Counted from the first letter of the stretch, positions 23,301-34,676 are shown. The stretch is DNA of 64,000 nucleotides from Balanoglossus misakiensis (GCA_040954595.2 CM082596.2:1143754-1207753), one strand, 5' to 3'. Made by a program: numbers and translations. Notes: a model not told the origin generated them from the sequence alone.

Positions 23301-26300
23301 CCCGTCACTGTCCCTTTGTAGTGTAGCAGAGAGTGCATCAATACTCAGTGCTTCATTGTCATTCTGTCTTGCGTCTTTCCGTGATCTTCTCTTGCACATT
23401 ACGTACAGCAGAAAGACAACAACTCCGCACACAACGAGAGCTGCTGCTGCGACGAAGGCTGCAAGCATCCAGGATGGGGTATCTTGTCCTGTTGCAGTGT
23501 CAGGTGAGGGCAGTGTTGCGTTGATACTTAATAGAGTGGTGATGGTAGTGCCAGAAGGATGCTGCTTTGTTGTCACATCTCTGCTGGTCGGTGTAAGAGT
23601 TACAACAGTGAGAGAAATTGTCACAGTCACATTGCCAGCAGGGTTTGATGCAGTGCATGTATACGACCCACTGTCCTCGGGTGCTAGAGTCAATATCAGC
23701 AATCCCCTGTCCGGCTGTGTTTGATATTTGTGTGAATCCACAATCCGGGTACCATCCTGAAACTGCCAGGAATATTTGGGAGGTGGGAAGCCTGTGGAAT
23801 TGCACGGCAGGAGAACTGATTCCCCGGAATTGCCGCTCACGTCGGTCGTGTCTTGATGTATATCTGGTGCACTGCATTGGAAGTCTGCAGCACTTAGGGT
23901 TGTGATATCCTGTCCCTGCAAATCAGATGGTGTCTGACATTTTGGACTGTCTTGGATCCCGCTTAGTGCAACCAGCCAACCAAGTTCACAGTCACACTGC
24001 CATGGGTTGCTATTTAAGAAGATGTCAACGTTGTTTGACAGACGAGCAAAAGCACTTTGTGGAACAGTTTGTAACAGATTATCAGCAAGGTCAATCTCAT
24101 TCAGAGTTGAGAGGCCGTCAAATGCACCAGGATCAATTCTGGATATCTTGCACGATATGAACCAAAGAACTTGCAGACTTGTGAAGTTAGCCAACTGGCT
24201 AGATGTTATCTCAGTAATGGAGTTATAAGAAAGATCCAATTTACGTAATTGTGGCAGTTTGGATAAGGCATTCGCAGGTACTGATGTTAAGTGGTTGTAA
24301 TACATCATCATGACATTAATCTTGAGTGTTTTCTCAAATGCATCATCTGGGATGTTGGTCAGGTTGTTTACAGCGAGGCTGAGATATTCCAGGTTGACCA
24401 GATGGTTAAGACCAGGTGGTAACTCTGTCAGCTGATTGGCGCTTAAATCCAAATAGGTTAGATTTACCAAGCCATTGAAAATATCGGTGGGCAGCCTTCC
24501 TGTACGCACTGCAGGCACGTTTGCGAGATACAGTTTTTGAAGGTTTGGTAGTTGCGATAAGACATTTTCCTGTATTTCAGAGATTGGATTATTAGATAGA
24601 TCGATTGTGGTGAGGTCAGAAAACAGGTGGAAAAATCCTGGTGATATTGAAGTGATTGGATTTCCATCTAGTGTCAGGACTTCTAAATTGTCCAGTCCGC
24701 GTAACATGCCAGTGGACAGTTCTGTCAGTTTGTTGCTTTTCAATTCCAGTCGGTTAAGTTTGGTCAGGTTCTGAAACGTTCCGATTTCGAAGCCGCTGAT
24801 GTCATTCCCGTCCAGATGAAGCTCTTCCAGGTCAGACAAAGAATCAAACAAACCCTTGGGTATCTGCAAGATTTGGTTCTGTTCAAGTCCAAGGTACTTT
24901 AAACTTGGCAGTGAATCGAACGCACCCAGTTCTATCGTTGTGAGATGACTGTTGTGAAGGAACAAATCTGTCAGAGAAGGCAGGTTTGGAAAACTCGCCT
25001 GTCCTAGTGTTTGGATGTTGTTGAAAGTCAAGTCGAGAACTTTTGTAGTATCAGGTATTCCAGTCGGCACAGATGTTAGACCCTTGTTGGAACAGGACAC
25101 TTTCTTTGTGGCTGAAGTGCAACTGCAGACACCAGGACAGGCTGTTACCTTGGCAACACTCACTACAATCAACAGCAGCCAACTTGAGTAAAGGTCAATG
25201 ACCTTCTGCTTCTTCGCATTCATGCTGAGATAGTGGGGAATCCTAGAAATCTGGAATACAAATCAAAATGAGGTTTATGACTAGGACCTTGATCTACCTG
25301 GCAGAACTTGACACAGATCCATGATTGATGGTTTCAGCAACTTCAAAACTTCAGAATTCTGTGTCTATGATTGAATGTCCGGTAACATTCACAATAAATG
25401 ATTTGTCTCCGCCAACCTGTTTCATATTTAACCTGTCACAACTGCCAAAGTTTGCCGGATTTTAGAAGATTCAGACATTGAAAAAAGTTTTTGTGTGCGA
25501 CAGTCTGCCCGCACAATTGTTCACAGGTACAGTAAGCATGTAAAGTCTCAAAATACCAGACCCTGCTTGGTATGCATCAGAAGCAATACATAACAATGTA
25601 CACTCAAGTGTCACCCTATGTCGTGAGTCGGAACTTTACAGCCACTGGGTAATGATTCATTTCTGAAGTATGCTATTGTGATGCGGTCACAACTTTCTGA
25701 CTTTGAGATCCTGGTGAGTGACCTTCACGGAATAGATCTATTCATAAAAAGTTCTGTCACATTTTCCTGTGCCCTTTGTTGTTTGTTATTGAGTACAGCG
25801 TTGGATCCTCAAAACATAGAGTTGTTTCAAAGTTTAACAAGCAAGCAATTTGTATCAGAGCAACATGAAATCTCTTTCTTCCTGTAAAACTTTCTTTCCA
25901 ACTGTGGATTTTGTCATCAAGTGATCACAAATGTAATGCAAAAATACAAGCCCGCCATAGCCTTGAGAAAACAAGTTCAAATTTGCACAAAATACCGGTA
26001 TAATGCGTAAGTTTCTTTTTAAAAAGTTTTATACAGCAGTGTGAAAAGCCAGCTAACATGGAAAAGTCAAAACAAGGAACTAAGGACATAAAGATTCTCT
26101 TTCAAATGACACAGATTCAAGAAAGTCTTAAAACTTAGCATTTCTAACTCACCAAATGTTTGCAGTTTGTACAGCTTCCAAGAGCCACTTCTTCGATGTT
26201 GAATTGAAGCCCCAATGTCCAAGTTGCGGCTGCATTTGAGATTTTTTTTTTAATCGTGAAAGCAGCCCTGACTTTGTTTGTGTGTACCACTTCCTCCTAG

Positions 26301-29300
26301 CTGCGGCCTTATATACTCTTAATGTATTCTAATATATTCAAATTAATGTAAATAAACCGCGACTACTGGACATACTGGAACGTGCTGTATAAAGTTGTAT
26401 TTTCTCCACCAATCATTGTGTCTCATATTACATTGAATGAGGTCACTGATTGTTTGGCCAGGCTAGGGGAAAGTACAATTTTGGATTCAGGAATTTCCAA
26501 CTTCGAATATTACTTCCCTATGGTTTGTTTGGTTCCTGTGTTTCATTTCCACCAGTTTTTTGAGTGGAAAATGGGAAATTTGTATCAAGTTGACATAGAT
26601 GCATAGTCTGTGAATAAACTTTGGCATACAGTGTATACATGTAGTTTATTTTCACCATTTTTTCGCTAGAGGAACAAGAACATGCATTTTTAAAAATTAA
26701 ACCTTGTACATAAATGCAGCCATTGAAAGAAGTCTTATTAAAGTAATTATTAATTAAAGGTGACTCTGCAAGTTTCCTGTTTCACGAAATTCCCACGCAA
26801 ACCTCAAATCTTCTTGAAGCTTCAGAGTGAAATGTAAAGTAGGATTTATGACTGAATGAAATGTTTGTTTCCGATAATCAATAGCTTAACTACACGTTCC
26901 TTCCTCTTTACACTCCATTCAAACTTTATTAACGTTTTGAGATCTCTTATGAGGGAACTGGGGGTGAAAGGGTTAGCTGAACACTATGAGATATTGCTCT
27001 GTGTCCATAAAAATACTCACATTATTGATTTAACGAGGACACTTCAAATTATGGAGGTCCTGATGTTTGTATTCTTTTTATTGGAACTGAAGTACATGTA
27101 ATAGGTGTTTTATATCCAACAATAGTTAACAAAAACATCACAAACAAAAATAACTTGTCCAAAGGCCAATTTGCAAACTGTAATCTTTACTGTTCTCATG
27201 CAGGGTTCTCATGTAATGATATATAGTGTTTTCAAAAAAGGAAGTTAAGCTAAATGTTTGGGCTGGTGGGTGGGTGTAAACATGGCTAACAACAATGCTA
27301 GTCGTGTCTCATTTCACAAACAAGTATTGTTCTGTGAATGCTGCTACACACAGGTTGGGACATGTAGAGAATGCAGTTCTGAACCCTGTAGGAGAAATAA
27401 AACTAGAGAAAGCAACGAGTAAAACACATTTCATGAATCGTTTTCATCGGAAGTCAAGATCTGTGCTTTCCATAGTATGTACATCTTATAGGTGACTTGA
27501 AGACACTAGTGTATGCTTTGCAGTATGTTAAGTTTAGTTTATAAAATCACAGTCACTGACTCCAGTTGATAAAATCTTCACAAATTCTCTTTCAGTTATC
27601 GAGTGTGTGAACTGATCTATCACAGGAGGAGAGAATACCACAAGATCCTGGATTGCTATCTCAAAGATTCTGCAAGACAGGTACATGTATGGAGAGGGGA
27701 TCAGCACTCACTAACTTAACAACAAGAAAAAACAGAGATTGAGAGAGAGTTTGAGATTGAGAGAGAGCGAGAGAGAGAGAGAGAGGAGGGAGAGTGAGGG
27801 GGAGGGAGAGAGGGTGTGTGTGTATGAGAGAGAGTGACAGACAAAGACAGATGAATATATGTATGAAAGCTAATTAGAGTGGTGTAAACATCTTGCTAAA
27901 CTATTTCTTTCTTTCCTTCTTTTTAGCACCAAGCATTTTCATTTGTCCATGGTATTATGTCAGAGGGTTTTTATACCCAGGATGAGAAAGATGAACTTCA
28001 ACAAGAAGCTCTGAAACACTTAGAGGTGAGTTCTTGGTTGGTTTGGGTTGGTGTTGATAGAGGATGGGGGGTCCACTGGATATACAGAAGTTAATTCTTA
28101 GCCTCTGTGCAAAATCAAAAGTTCAGATCTTTTGGCGCTTTTGGTAGAATTTTATCAACTGCAACTGATAGTCAGACCACTGTTCATGACATGTAATAAA
28201 CAATATTTTTTGCAGGAATTGGTGACCCTGGACAGCAAAACAACAGCTCAGTTGATTCTGAATGATTTCACTCACTCAATCACAGACGTCGTCAAAAATT
28301 TAGAGGTGAGTTGATGTCATTAACAGGATGCATGAGAACTACAAATTTACCTGTCTATGAAGTTGTAAGTAGATACAATTTTTAACTTTTAAAAAATGAT
28401 GGTTGAGTAATACAATGCAGTAACCAACCAGAAAAGGTTATTGTGATCCATGTTGAATTTAATGAAACTTGTATTTTTCAGAATCAACAAGTCGTCTTGT
28501 ATGAATTTCTAAAAGGAGTTTTTGATTACAAAGAATCTTCAGGAAGTGCAATATACATCAGAGAACAAGCAATTATTGATCCACAAGTTCAAGAGAAATA
28601 CATTGAGTTAATGTGCCAATATAACATGAATAATGTGTATAATTATATCAGAAATACAGAAAATTATAGAATAGAAGAAACACTACAGGTAAGTGTCTCT
28701 GTTCGGGATTTACAAACTGTTCTCCATTTGAAGGTCTTTTAGCTGAAATTTTGACAATATTTTCATGTGTTTTAGTTCCGTGTTAGGTTGAATGATCATC
28801 ATTCAAGGGTGGTCTTTGAAAGTGCCCTTGAAAGACGGTTTTGTCAGTTGAGTTCTGCGTATGAATTGTGTTTGTCGTCTTCAACTTCCTATATCATTCC
28901 AAACTGCCTACTGTGCTTGTCAGTGTCACCTGTATTTGTGTAAAAACTGTTTTTATTGTTGACAAATGAATTGAAGTGTGGACTTGAATTATAGTGTAAG
29001 AGTACACATATATAACTTGTTATCTTTGCTTTATTGACAGATTGTGCGCAGATACAAACTGACCAATGCTACAGCCTATCTCTTAGAGAAAGCTGGAGAT
29101 ACCCAAGGAGCATTTGGAATCATGTTAGAAACTCTACAGAACAAAGTGAAAGCTTTCACTGACATGACATCACAAAATAATGGAGAGAAATCTGGCAAGT
29201 ACTGTCCTCTTAAAATAGATATGATTAGACTGTATTTAATGTTTTTTGTTGTAGCTTAAAAGAGACACTCGTGGAAAAATTCAGTCGTAAGAGTGTATGC

Positions 29301-32300
29301 AGACCTGCTGAGATAACGCCTATGTGATGTCATTTTTGATTTCTTCTCTGTAGATGTCGCTGTGTCTCTCAGTGCAGTTCAAGCATCTCTGATGGTGTTG
29401 GTTCAACTTTGTCAGAGGAATTCTCCCCGGCTGGATGAAACTGAAAGACAGGTGTGTGGTCATCTCATTCGAAGTAAATTCTTCTTGTCACTCAACATTT
29501 TTCCCTGTTTCTACCCTAAATTTTAGACTTAGTGTAAATAACTTACCATTGTCTGCAGATCTCCATCAAAATTTTAGTCAAATAATGGTAAAAGTGATGA
29601 GGTTTAATAATTTTGTCAAAAATGACGACAAGTTGACTATGGCATTGAAAGGGTTTACTACATGATGCACATACATGTACATTAGTATTGCCAATACTTC
29701 CCCAATGACATCAGATCTTTTTCATCCTTTTTTGTCGAAGGCACTGTGGTTTCCGCTCTTGGATCTGATGATGGCAGCACAAAGAAAAATCAAAGGATCA
29801 ATTCCAGAGCCACAGTTGGATGGTGAGATGCATAATCTTTTAGTACTTTGACAAATTCATGTGCTTAACAGAGATCAAACATAACCCCTTGACTTCCATT
29901 ACCAATGTCGTCACATATACCCCAGAAGCCATAGATTCCTTTTTGTTTATACACAGCACTCAACAAGGGGTTAAGTATCAATTTAATGTGTCAAGCATAT
30001 TTGTTCATCTTGTGTTTTCACAGTATAGAAATTGAAGGTCATGAATCACATTTTGTTAAAATCTAAAATGAGAGTTTTTAATCCTGGCATCGATTTCACT
30101 CTGTGATCTCACAGAAATGACACGACTTTATTTCAGAATTCAAAGAGTTGACCAAGCATGTGCTGAACAGCATGATGGGATACATTGCTTTGCCGGCGAT
30201 TCTACAGAAGACAATGCAGGTAACTGAAGTCAGTATTGTTGTCATTTGAAAAACAGACAAACAAACAAACAGCTTTCCTTGTGGTGTTGTGTGTTGATTT
30301 GTACCTTTTTGCTATATGTGTTAATTTGTTGTAAAGTATTTGGTTGTTGATTAAACTGTGCATCATTCTACAGATCATGAATTTATATTTGACAGCTGTC
30401 AGTTCAATCTTCATTTCTTTCATTGATTTCAAATCTTGTTTTCTTGACAGGATCCCACTTACAGCAGTGGTAAATTTGGTGATATGAGAGAATTAATTCT
30501 CGGAATGCTTGACACCTATAACTATGAACGGGTGAGTATAGTTTACCCCTGAAGGTAGTTGAAGATGGTTGAACCATTTCACTCCCGTTTCCCCGTAGAG
30601 AGACCCAACATTGCCAGTGAGAACAATTCAGTTGGACTAAACCATGGTGGTGTATTAAATGTAATCCAGAATTGCATCTGGTTAAGGGTCATGGTTTATG
30701 GATATTGTTGTCATGTGGACTACATTTTTAATTTTTTTTCCTTTCATGGCTGACAGATTTGGACTAATAAATATTTGTTTGTTTGTGTATTTACAGACAC
30801 TGCTGAAAACAACCAACAGTTTATTGAACCGTGATTTGCATTGGTCGCTTGCTAATCTAAAACAGTCTGTGAACAAAGGCATGGTACCGCGAGCTGATAG
30901 TTGTCACGTTTGTAATAAATCTTACACGTACCCTGAAGATGATGAGAATGTCCTGATCTTCTGGTAAGCTCATGTCATATTTTTTTCAGTTTAAACTTTC
31001 TGACAGTGACTATTACTTTAGTATAAATGAAATTTTTACGTGCCATCCTTTGGGGTATCAGAAGAAGCAATGAGATTAAAGATTCTTGATCAAGGACACA
31101 TCATCATAGCTGCACCAATGGTCTAATTTGTTATGCGCTATGATTCTAGTACTCTGGCTTTGGCACTGTTGTCCCTTGATGTTTGTAAATCCTCAAAATA
31201 TAGGAACTAAAAAGTGCAACTGAATACTAATATTTTCATTACTTTTTAGGAAAACAGCCAAGGGCATGAAAGACAGGTTCTTGTATTGTTCTCCAAAAAC
31301 ACTCATTATTCCTTCTGTGTTTTTTTAGTTGTGGCCACATATATCATCTTCTGTGTCTGCGTGCAGTGGGCAGTTGTACCATGATTGAGGGACAGCAGCA
31401 TTGGTTCTGCTACCAGTGTAACACCAACAAAAGAGGGGGGAAGAGAGACAGAAAGAAGAGTCTTACTCAGCTGTCACCAACATCATCAGCACCCCCCGGG
31501 ACACAAAACGCTGCTGCCAAAGGGGACAAACAGAAAAAGACTCATGTACGAAGAAAGTTTGTATCATAGCTGTTGTTTACCATTGTACCATCTGAATGAC
31601 TCAGAATTGGGTTTTATTTACTCTAAAGGTTCCCCATATTCAATTGAAATCAAATTTCAATTTCAATGTCTGAATGTAGGTTTTACTATAGTTTGCAGAA
31701 ACAGTGCCAGTTAAAAAGTAATTTATGTTTTACCCAAAATACCTTGGTTGTATTTTAAAATTTTATAGAACAAGTATATACCGGTATACTTAAATGTTGA
31801 TATAATTAGCGAGAATACTCTTTTAAACACAGGCAAAATAATGTTTTCCCATACTGTCCCCATTTCTCTACTAAAACTGTCCATGGGACTGTAATGCAAG
31901 GAAAAAGTAAATTATTGGCTCATAAAGATTTGTCCAAATTCTTTTCAGGAAACATTAATGGATGAGGCTCAAGAACAGTCATTAAAACAACTCAGAAAGT
32001 GTAGCAGAGGACCTTCAAGAGTAAGTAATCATTCCTTTGACATTTATAGACGGTTGTTTGTTTTCTGTTTATTGGTATGAGTGTTATTCAATTCAATTAG
32101 ATTTATTAGCCTTTGGTGAAAAATATGTACATAGCACATGAATAAATATCAGCTTGAATGAAATGGTAATTGGGAACAGAAAATAGCAAGTGTTAGTCTC
32201 GTCTGTTCCCATTCCTCTTTACATTACAGTTATTGCCAGTTTTACAGATTTTAGATTAATGTCTTCTTTCACTGATCGATGTAGACTGTCAAGTGTGATC

Positions 32301-32483
32301 AAAGAAAGATATGTAAACTAGTAACACTGATTTTGTGTGAATTTTTTTCAGTTGGCAATTTTGAGTGAGTTATCTCGAGCAAATCGAGGGAATCCTGCCC
32401 ACAGAGGAATTGTTAGTTCAGATAGTATACTGCATAAAGAAAGTTTCAAGCTACAACTGGCTGCGCCGCCCCTGGAATCATGA
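13083..32483 (+). CDS. VPS8: Vacuolar protein sorting-associated protein 8 (CORVET subunit), 40 coding exons, ~1414 aa
   Basis: Exons joined in frame by hand: 13083-13172, 13770-13838, 14009-14139, 14249-14342, 14519-14606, 14822-14946, 15114-15200, 15345-15412, 15564-15614, 15771-15873, 16068-16124, 16224-16346, 16465-16545, 16780-16950, 17071-17145, 17315-17350, 17482-17572, 18368-18414, 18613-18705, 18849-18895, 19003-19225, 19414-19598, 19779-19851, 19996-20150, 20435-20516, 20625-20717, 20854-20993, 27596-27680, 27927-28025, 28216-28305, 28482-28688, 29041-29194, 29354-29451, 29741-29822, 30137-30219, 30451-30531, 30797-30963, 31329-31545, 31949-32020, 32352-32483 (4245 nt). Recognisable VPS8 segments: PTLESILNE, LKGISSQLVSAA-DRVDAGKPTAMAV..IGTSHGL, GVFLECLEPYIL, ALWFPLL and a C-terminal RING-like CHVC...CGHIYH..C...CYQC. 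Confidence 0.95.
14655..14699. repeat. Perfect 18-bp inverted repeat with 9-nt loop in VPS8 intron 5
   Basis: CCATGAAGCTCTCTCAAC-tggtttact-GTTGAGAGAGCTTCATGG. Confidence 0.9.
17761..17772 (+). CDS. VPS8: Candidate 12-nt alternative microexon of VPS8
   Basis: tctgatttttctttctctAG|ATAGTTCTGGTC|GTGAGT; frame-preserving in a phase-1 intron, with no stop codon. Confidence 0.5.
20290..20363. repeat. Compound (TG)n(TC)n(CA)n(TC)n microsatellite in a VPS8 intron
   Basis: Directly visible dinucleotide runs. Confidence 0.9.
21909..25223 (-). CDS. Single-pass LRR-Ig receptor (LIG-type), 1104 aa, intronless CDS nested in VPS8 intron 27
   Basis: Signal peptide (WLLLIVVSVAKVTA), LRRNT (CPGVCSC...VSC), 14 LRRs, LRRCT (NPWQCDC...C...C), one I-set Ig (LPCNSTGFPPPKYSW...DSGSYTCTASN), Thr-rich stalk, TM (WMLAAFVAAAALVVCGVVVFLLYVMC-KRRSRK) and a ~490-aa low-complexity tail with many Tyr motifs. 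Confidence 0.93.
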   Translation of the reverse strand: MNAKKQKVIDLYSSWLLLIVVSVAKVTACPGVCSCTSATKKVSCSNKGLTSVPTGIPDTTKVLDLTFNNIQTLGQASFPNLPSLTDLFLHNSHLTTIELGAFDSLPSLKYLGLEQNQILQIPKGLFDSLSDLEELHLDGNDISGFEIGTFQNLTKLNRLELKSNKLTELSTGMLRGLDNLEVLTLDGNPITSISPGFFHLFSDLTTIDLSNNPISEIQENVLSQLPNLQKLYLANVPAVRTGRLPTDIFNGLVNLTYLDLSANQLTELPPGLNHLVNLEYLSLAVNNLTNIPDDAFEKTLKINVMMMYYNHLTSVPANALSKLPQLRKLDLSYNSITEITSSQLANFTSLQVLWFISCKISRIDPGAFDGLSTLNEIDLADNLLQTVPQSAFARLSNNVDIFLNSNPWQCDCELGWLVALSGIQDSPKCQTPSDLQGQDITTLSAADFQCSAPDIHQDTTDVSGNSGESVLLPCNSTGFPPPKYSWQFQDGTRIVDSHKYQTQPDRGLLILTLAPEDSGSYTCTASNPAGNVTVTISLTVVTLTPTSRDVTTKQHPSGTTITTLLSINATLPSPDTATGQDTPSWMLAAFVAAAALVVCGVVVFLLYVMCKRRSRKDARQNDNEALSIDALSATLQRDSDGMAIENLNNYNSRYLPGRDLPLLPNENHERISGEMNSAHNLDDDDEEHTYTELPDNVDGNYMNPYIMYSTIKSAGNDTDYEEPVKLQNGNAKYSTLDKTANASDNMLDLASGMHGGVELNIGQSDNNGYVPMKAGVKSVSGEKIDEEKDLQTPTTLSTANGCTESDATSKVDCHQTLTTNTPASQTAHHGYSEDAKIAEADQEGRQQLSDAAMKSQSGSHGDNIAGEEQAHSNGGMNSERLQQGVASTVEPIKQQNDEARQMSPQGNADGNHHQPQEQQIKPLSGKDDQPRSVPNSPSSLSLGDLQLDTLNGQYTIMVGNEVYTLIPTKSAQQQPQRDQLQGSSPQQELQQQNSQHLQHNQQQGSTQKDHQQDVAADSNAAEGEHLTQELSQSSTKTDPTTTPPSADKEEMVAPSQQAMHAQRVVTNDDGSVYMQMSDGALYEMLPTQTVCDRIKQAAIVVQSV
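26153..26315 (-). promoter_or_regulatory. Putative TATA box and non-coding first exon of the nested LRR-Ig gene
   Basis: TATATAAG on minus at ~26308-26315, donor G|GTGAGT at 26152, and acceptor tttgtattccAG at ~25251, about 27 nt before the ATG. Confidence 0.5.
27736..27836. repeat. GA-rich / (GA)n(TG)n low-complexity tract in a VPS8 intron
   Basis: Directly visible. Confidence 0.85.
29195..29353 (+). other. GC-AG intron of VPS8
   Basis: The frame requires a phase-1 donor; TCT G|GCAAGT matches the GC-donor consensus and no strong phase-1 GT donor is nearby. Confidence 0.75.
29882..29973. mobile_element. Possible degenerate short TIR element with piggyBac-like (T)TAA-CCC ends
   Basis: TAACCCCTTG (29882-29891) ... 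CAAGGGGTTA (29964-29973); similar AAAGGGTT(A) end-like words at ~26967 and ~29648. Confidence 0.3.
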
Positions 32484-33118
32484 CAGGGAAACCCCAAGCA
32501 TTAAGAACATTAACTTAAGTCAAAAATTGCATGGTCTCAATTAAAGCCTTCAAAATTGCAAGTAAATGTTATTCAAGTCCCAATTTGAACTTCATGTGAT
32601 TTGTAATGAGTACTTAGAAGATGATGTCGCTGAAAGGTTTTAAGGTACTGGTCAATTTTATCTTGGGGGTAGATTGGAGCATAGAGAGACCCTATCCCTC
32701 CCAAGGAAATGAAGATTCATACAACCCTCCCTTCCCTGTCCCTGTGTGTAGAGTATCTGGATATAGAACAAGTTTTTTGTGACATTTTGACAATTTTTCA
32801 AGTCTGATTTCAAAGCAATTTCACTTGCTTGGTTGATGTAAAGTAAATTATGAAAGTGGCTCATTACATCTATATGGTCACTAATGCATGAAAAAAATCG
32901 GCATAAAATGAATGCATCATACAAACATTATGATAAAAGCAAAAATCTCATATTTTCGTATGTTCTGTTTGTTGAAAATTGACCCAATAGGAAAATAGAG
33001 AATCTCCAAGCTAGATATGTGAATATTGAAGTGTATTTATTTTTTTCCCTTCTCTTTATTTTGAAAGATGAACTTGATGTGTATGCTCATTGTGGATACT
33101 GTTGCTGGTTGATTTTCA

Positions 33119-33124
33119 AATAAA
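33119..33124 (+). promoter_or_regulatory. Probable VPS8 polyadenylation signal
   Basis: AATAAA about 635 nt after the stop codon, just before the first satellite-like monomer. Confidence 0.45.
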
Positions 33125-33275
33125 AAAAACTGTAAAGAAAAGTGTCGGAGCATTTCAATTGAAAAATATGGTTTGCAACAAAGATTCACGTTTCCGTGAT
33201 CACCGTTGACATGATTTTTTGGTTGTTTGGAGATTTTATGGTGGGCGATGTCAAAGAGATTTCTTCATTTTTTAC

Positions 33276-33345
33276 AAAAAATCATGGGTTATAGCTCATG
33301 AAAATCTTCAAACAACGACCATTTTTCGACTTTGCGAATTTTCAA
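33276..33345 (+). repeat. Isolated diverged monomer of the 88-bp satellite
   Basis: aaaaaatcatgggttatagctcatgaaaatcttcaaacaacgaccatttttcgactttgcgaattttc matches the array unit. Confidence 0.85.
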
Positions 33346-33392
33346 TATTTCTTCATTTAAAACAAATGCGGTGGAAACTATGGATCGAAATT

Positions 33393-33449
33393 TGGCTCGG
33401 TCTCATTATAGTTAGTTTTAATAATACTGACTATAATGAGACCGAGCCA
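33393..33449. repeat. 57-bp hairpin with a perfect 20-bp stem at the satellite border
   Basis: TGGCTCGGTCTCATTATAGT ... ACTATAATGAGACCGAGCCA, extendable by one G:T pair and 3 more pairs. Confidence 0.9.
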
Positions 33450-33679
33450 TACTTATTTTTTTTTAAATTTTATGAATTTGATCAACATATAATACTTTTG
33501 GGGTATTACACTTCGTCAATCACTGTGGGTCAGTGGATAAGGGTTTGGACTAATGATTGGAGGACTGGGGTTCTAAACCCGCCACTGTCTTTCTCATTGA
33601 GTTTTGATCTTTTTGTTGTTGTGTCACATAGGGTGTAATATTTATATACAAGTTCCAAGTTAGCAGTTCTCAACGAACT

Positions 33680-34676
33680 TAAGTGATTTTGTCATTTTTG
33701 GATATTTTTCATATGTTACAGCTCATGAAAAATTTTCATGGGTTATAGCTCATGAAAATCTTCAAAAATCGACGATTTTTCGACTTTGCGAATTTTGGAA
33801 ATTTGGTCATTTTTTGAAACAACCATGGGTTATAGCTCATGAAATTCTTCAAAAATCGACGATTATTCGACTTTGCGAATTTTCGATATTTTGTCATTTT
33901 TTGACAAAAACCATGGGTTATAGCTCATGAAAATCTTCAAAAATCGACGAATTTTCGATTTTTCCAAAACTCGAAATTTGGCCGATTTTTGAAAAAATCA
34001 TGGGTTATAGCTCAGGAAAATCATCAAAAATCGCGATTTTTCGACTTTTCCAAAACTCGAAATTTGGCCGATTTTTGAAAAAAATCATGGGTTATAGCTC
34101 AGGAAAATCATCAAAAATCGACGATTTTTCGACTTTTCCAAAACTCGAAATTTGGCCGATTTTTGAAAAAAATCATGGGTTATAGCTCAGGAAAATCATT
34201 AAAAATCGACGATTTTTCGACTTTTCCAAAACGCGAAATTTGGCCGATTTTTTAAAAAATCATGGGTTATAGCTCAGGAAAATCATCAAAAATCGACGAT
34301 TTTTCGACTTTTCCAAAACTCGAAATTTGGCCGATTCTTTAAAAAATCATGGGTTATAGCTCAGGAAAATCATCAAAAATCGACGATTTTTCGACTTTTC
34401 CAAAACTCGAAATTTGGCCGATTTTTGAAAAAAATCATGGGTTATAGCTCAGGAAAATCATCAAAAATCGACGATTTTTCGACTTTTCCAAAACTCGAAA
34501 TTTGGCCGATTTTTGAAAAAATCATGGGTTATAGCTCAGGAAAATCATCAAAAATCGACGATTTTTCGACTTTTCCAAAACTCGAAATTTGGCCGATTTT
34601 TGAAAAAAATCATGGGTTATAGCTCAGGAAAATCATCAAAAATCGACGATTTTTCGACTTTTCCAAAACTCGAAAT
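33680..34676 (+). repeat. 88-bp satellite border subfamilies A (diverged, ~3 copies) and B (~8 copies), forward orientation
   Basis: A: gctcaTgaaaatcTTcaaaaatcgacG...tttgCgaatttt. B: gctcaggaaaatcATcaaaaatcgacGatttttcgactttTCCAAAACtcgaaatttggCCgattttt. Confidence 0.93.

Noticed and set aside
22049-24667. Many short ORFs overlapping the LRR-Ig gene
   Set aside because: Alternative-frame or antisense by-products with no recognisable domains.
21909-25223. Calling the nested gene a Toll-like receptor, VLR or a named LIG ortholog
   Set aside because: No TIR domain; it has an Ig domain, a TM segment and a long tail; orthology cannot be assigned without phylogeny.
33399-33443. Inverted GGTCTC/GAGACC (BsaI) pair suggesting a cloning scar
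   Set aside because: It follows automatically from the 20-bp inverted repeat, and no vector sequence is nearby.
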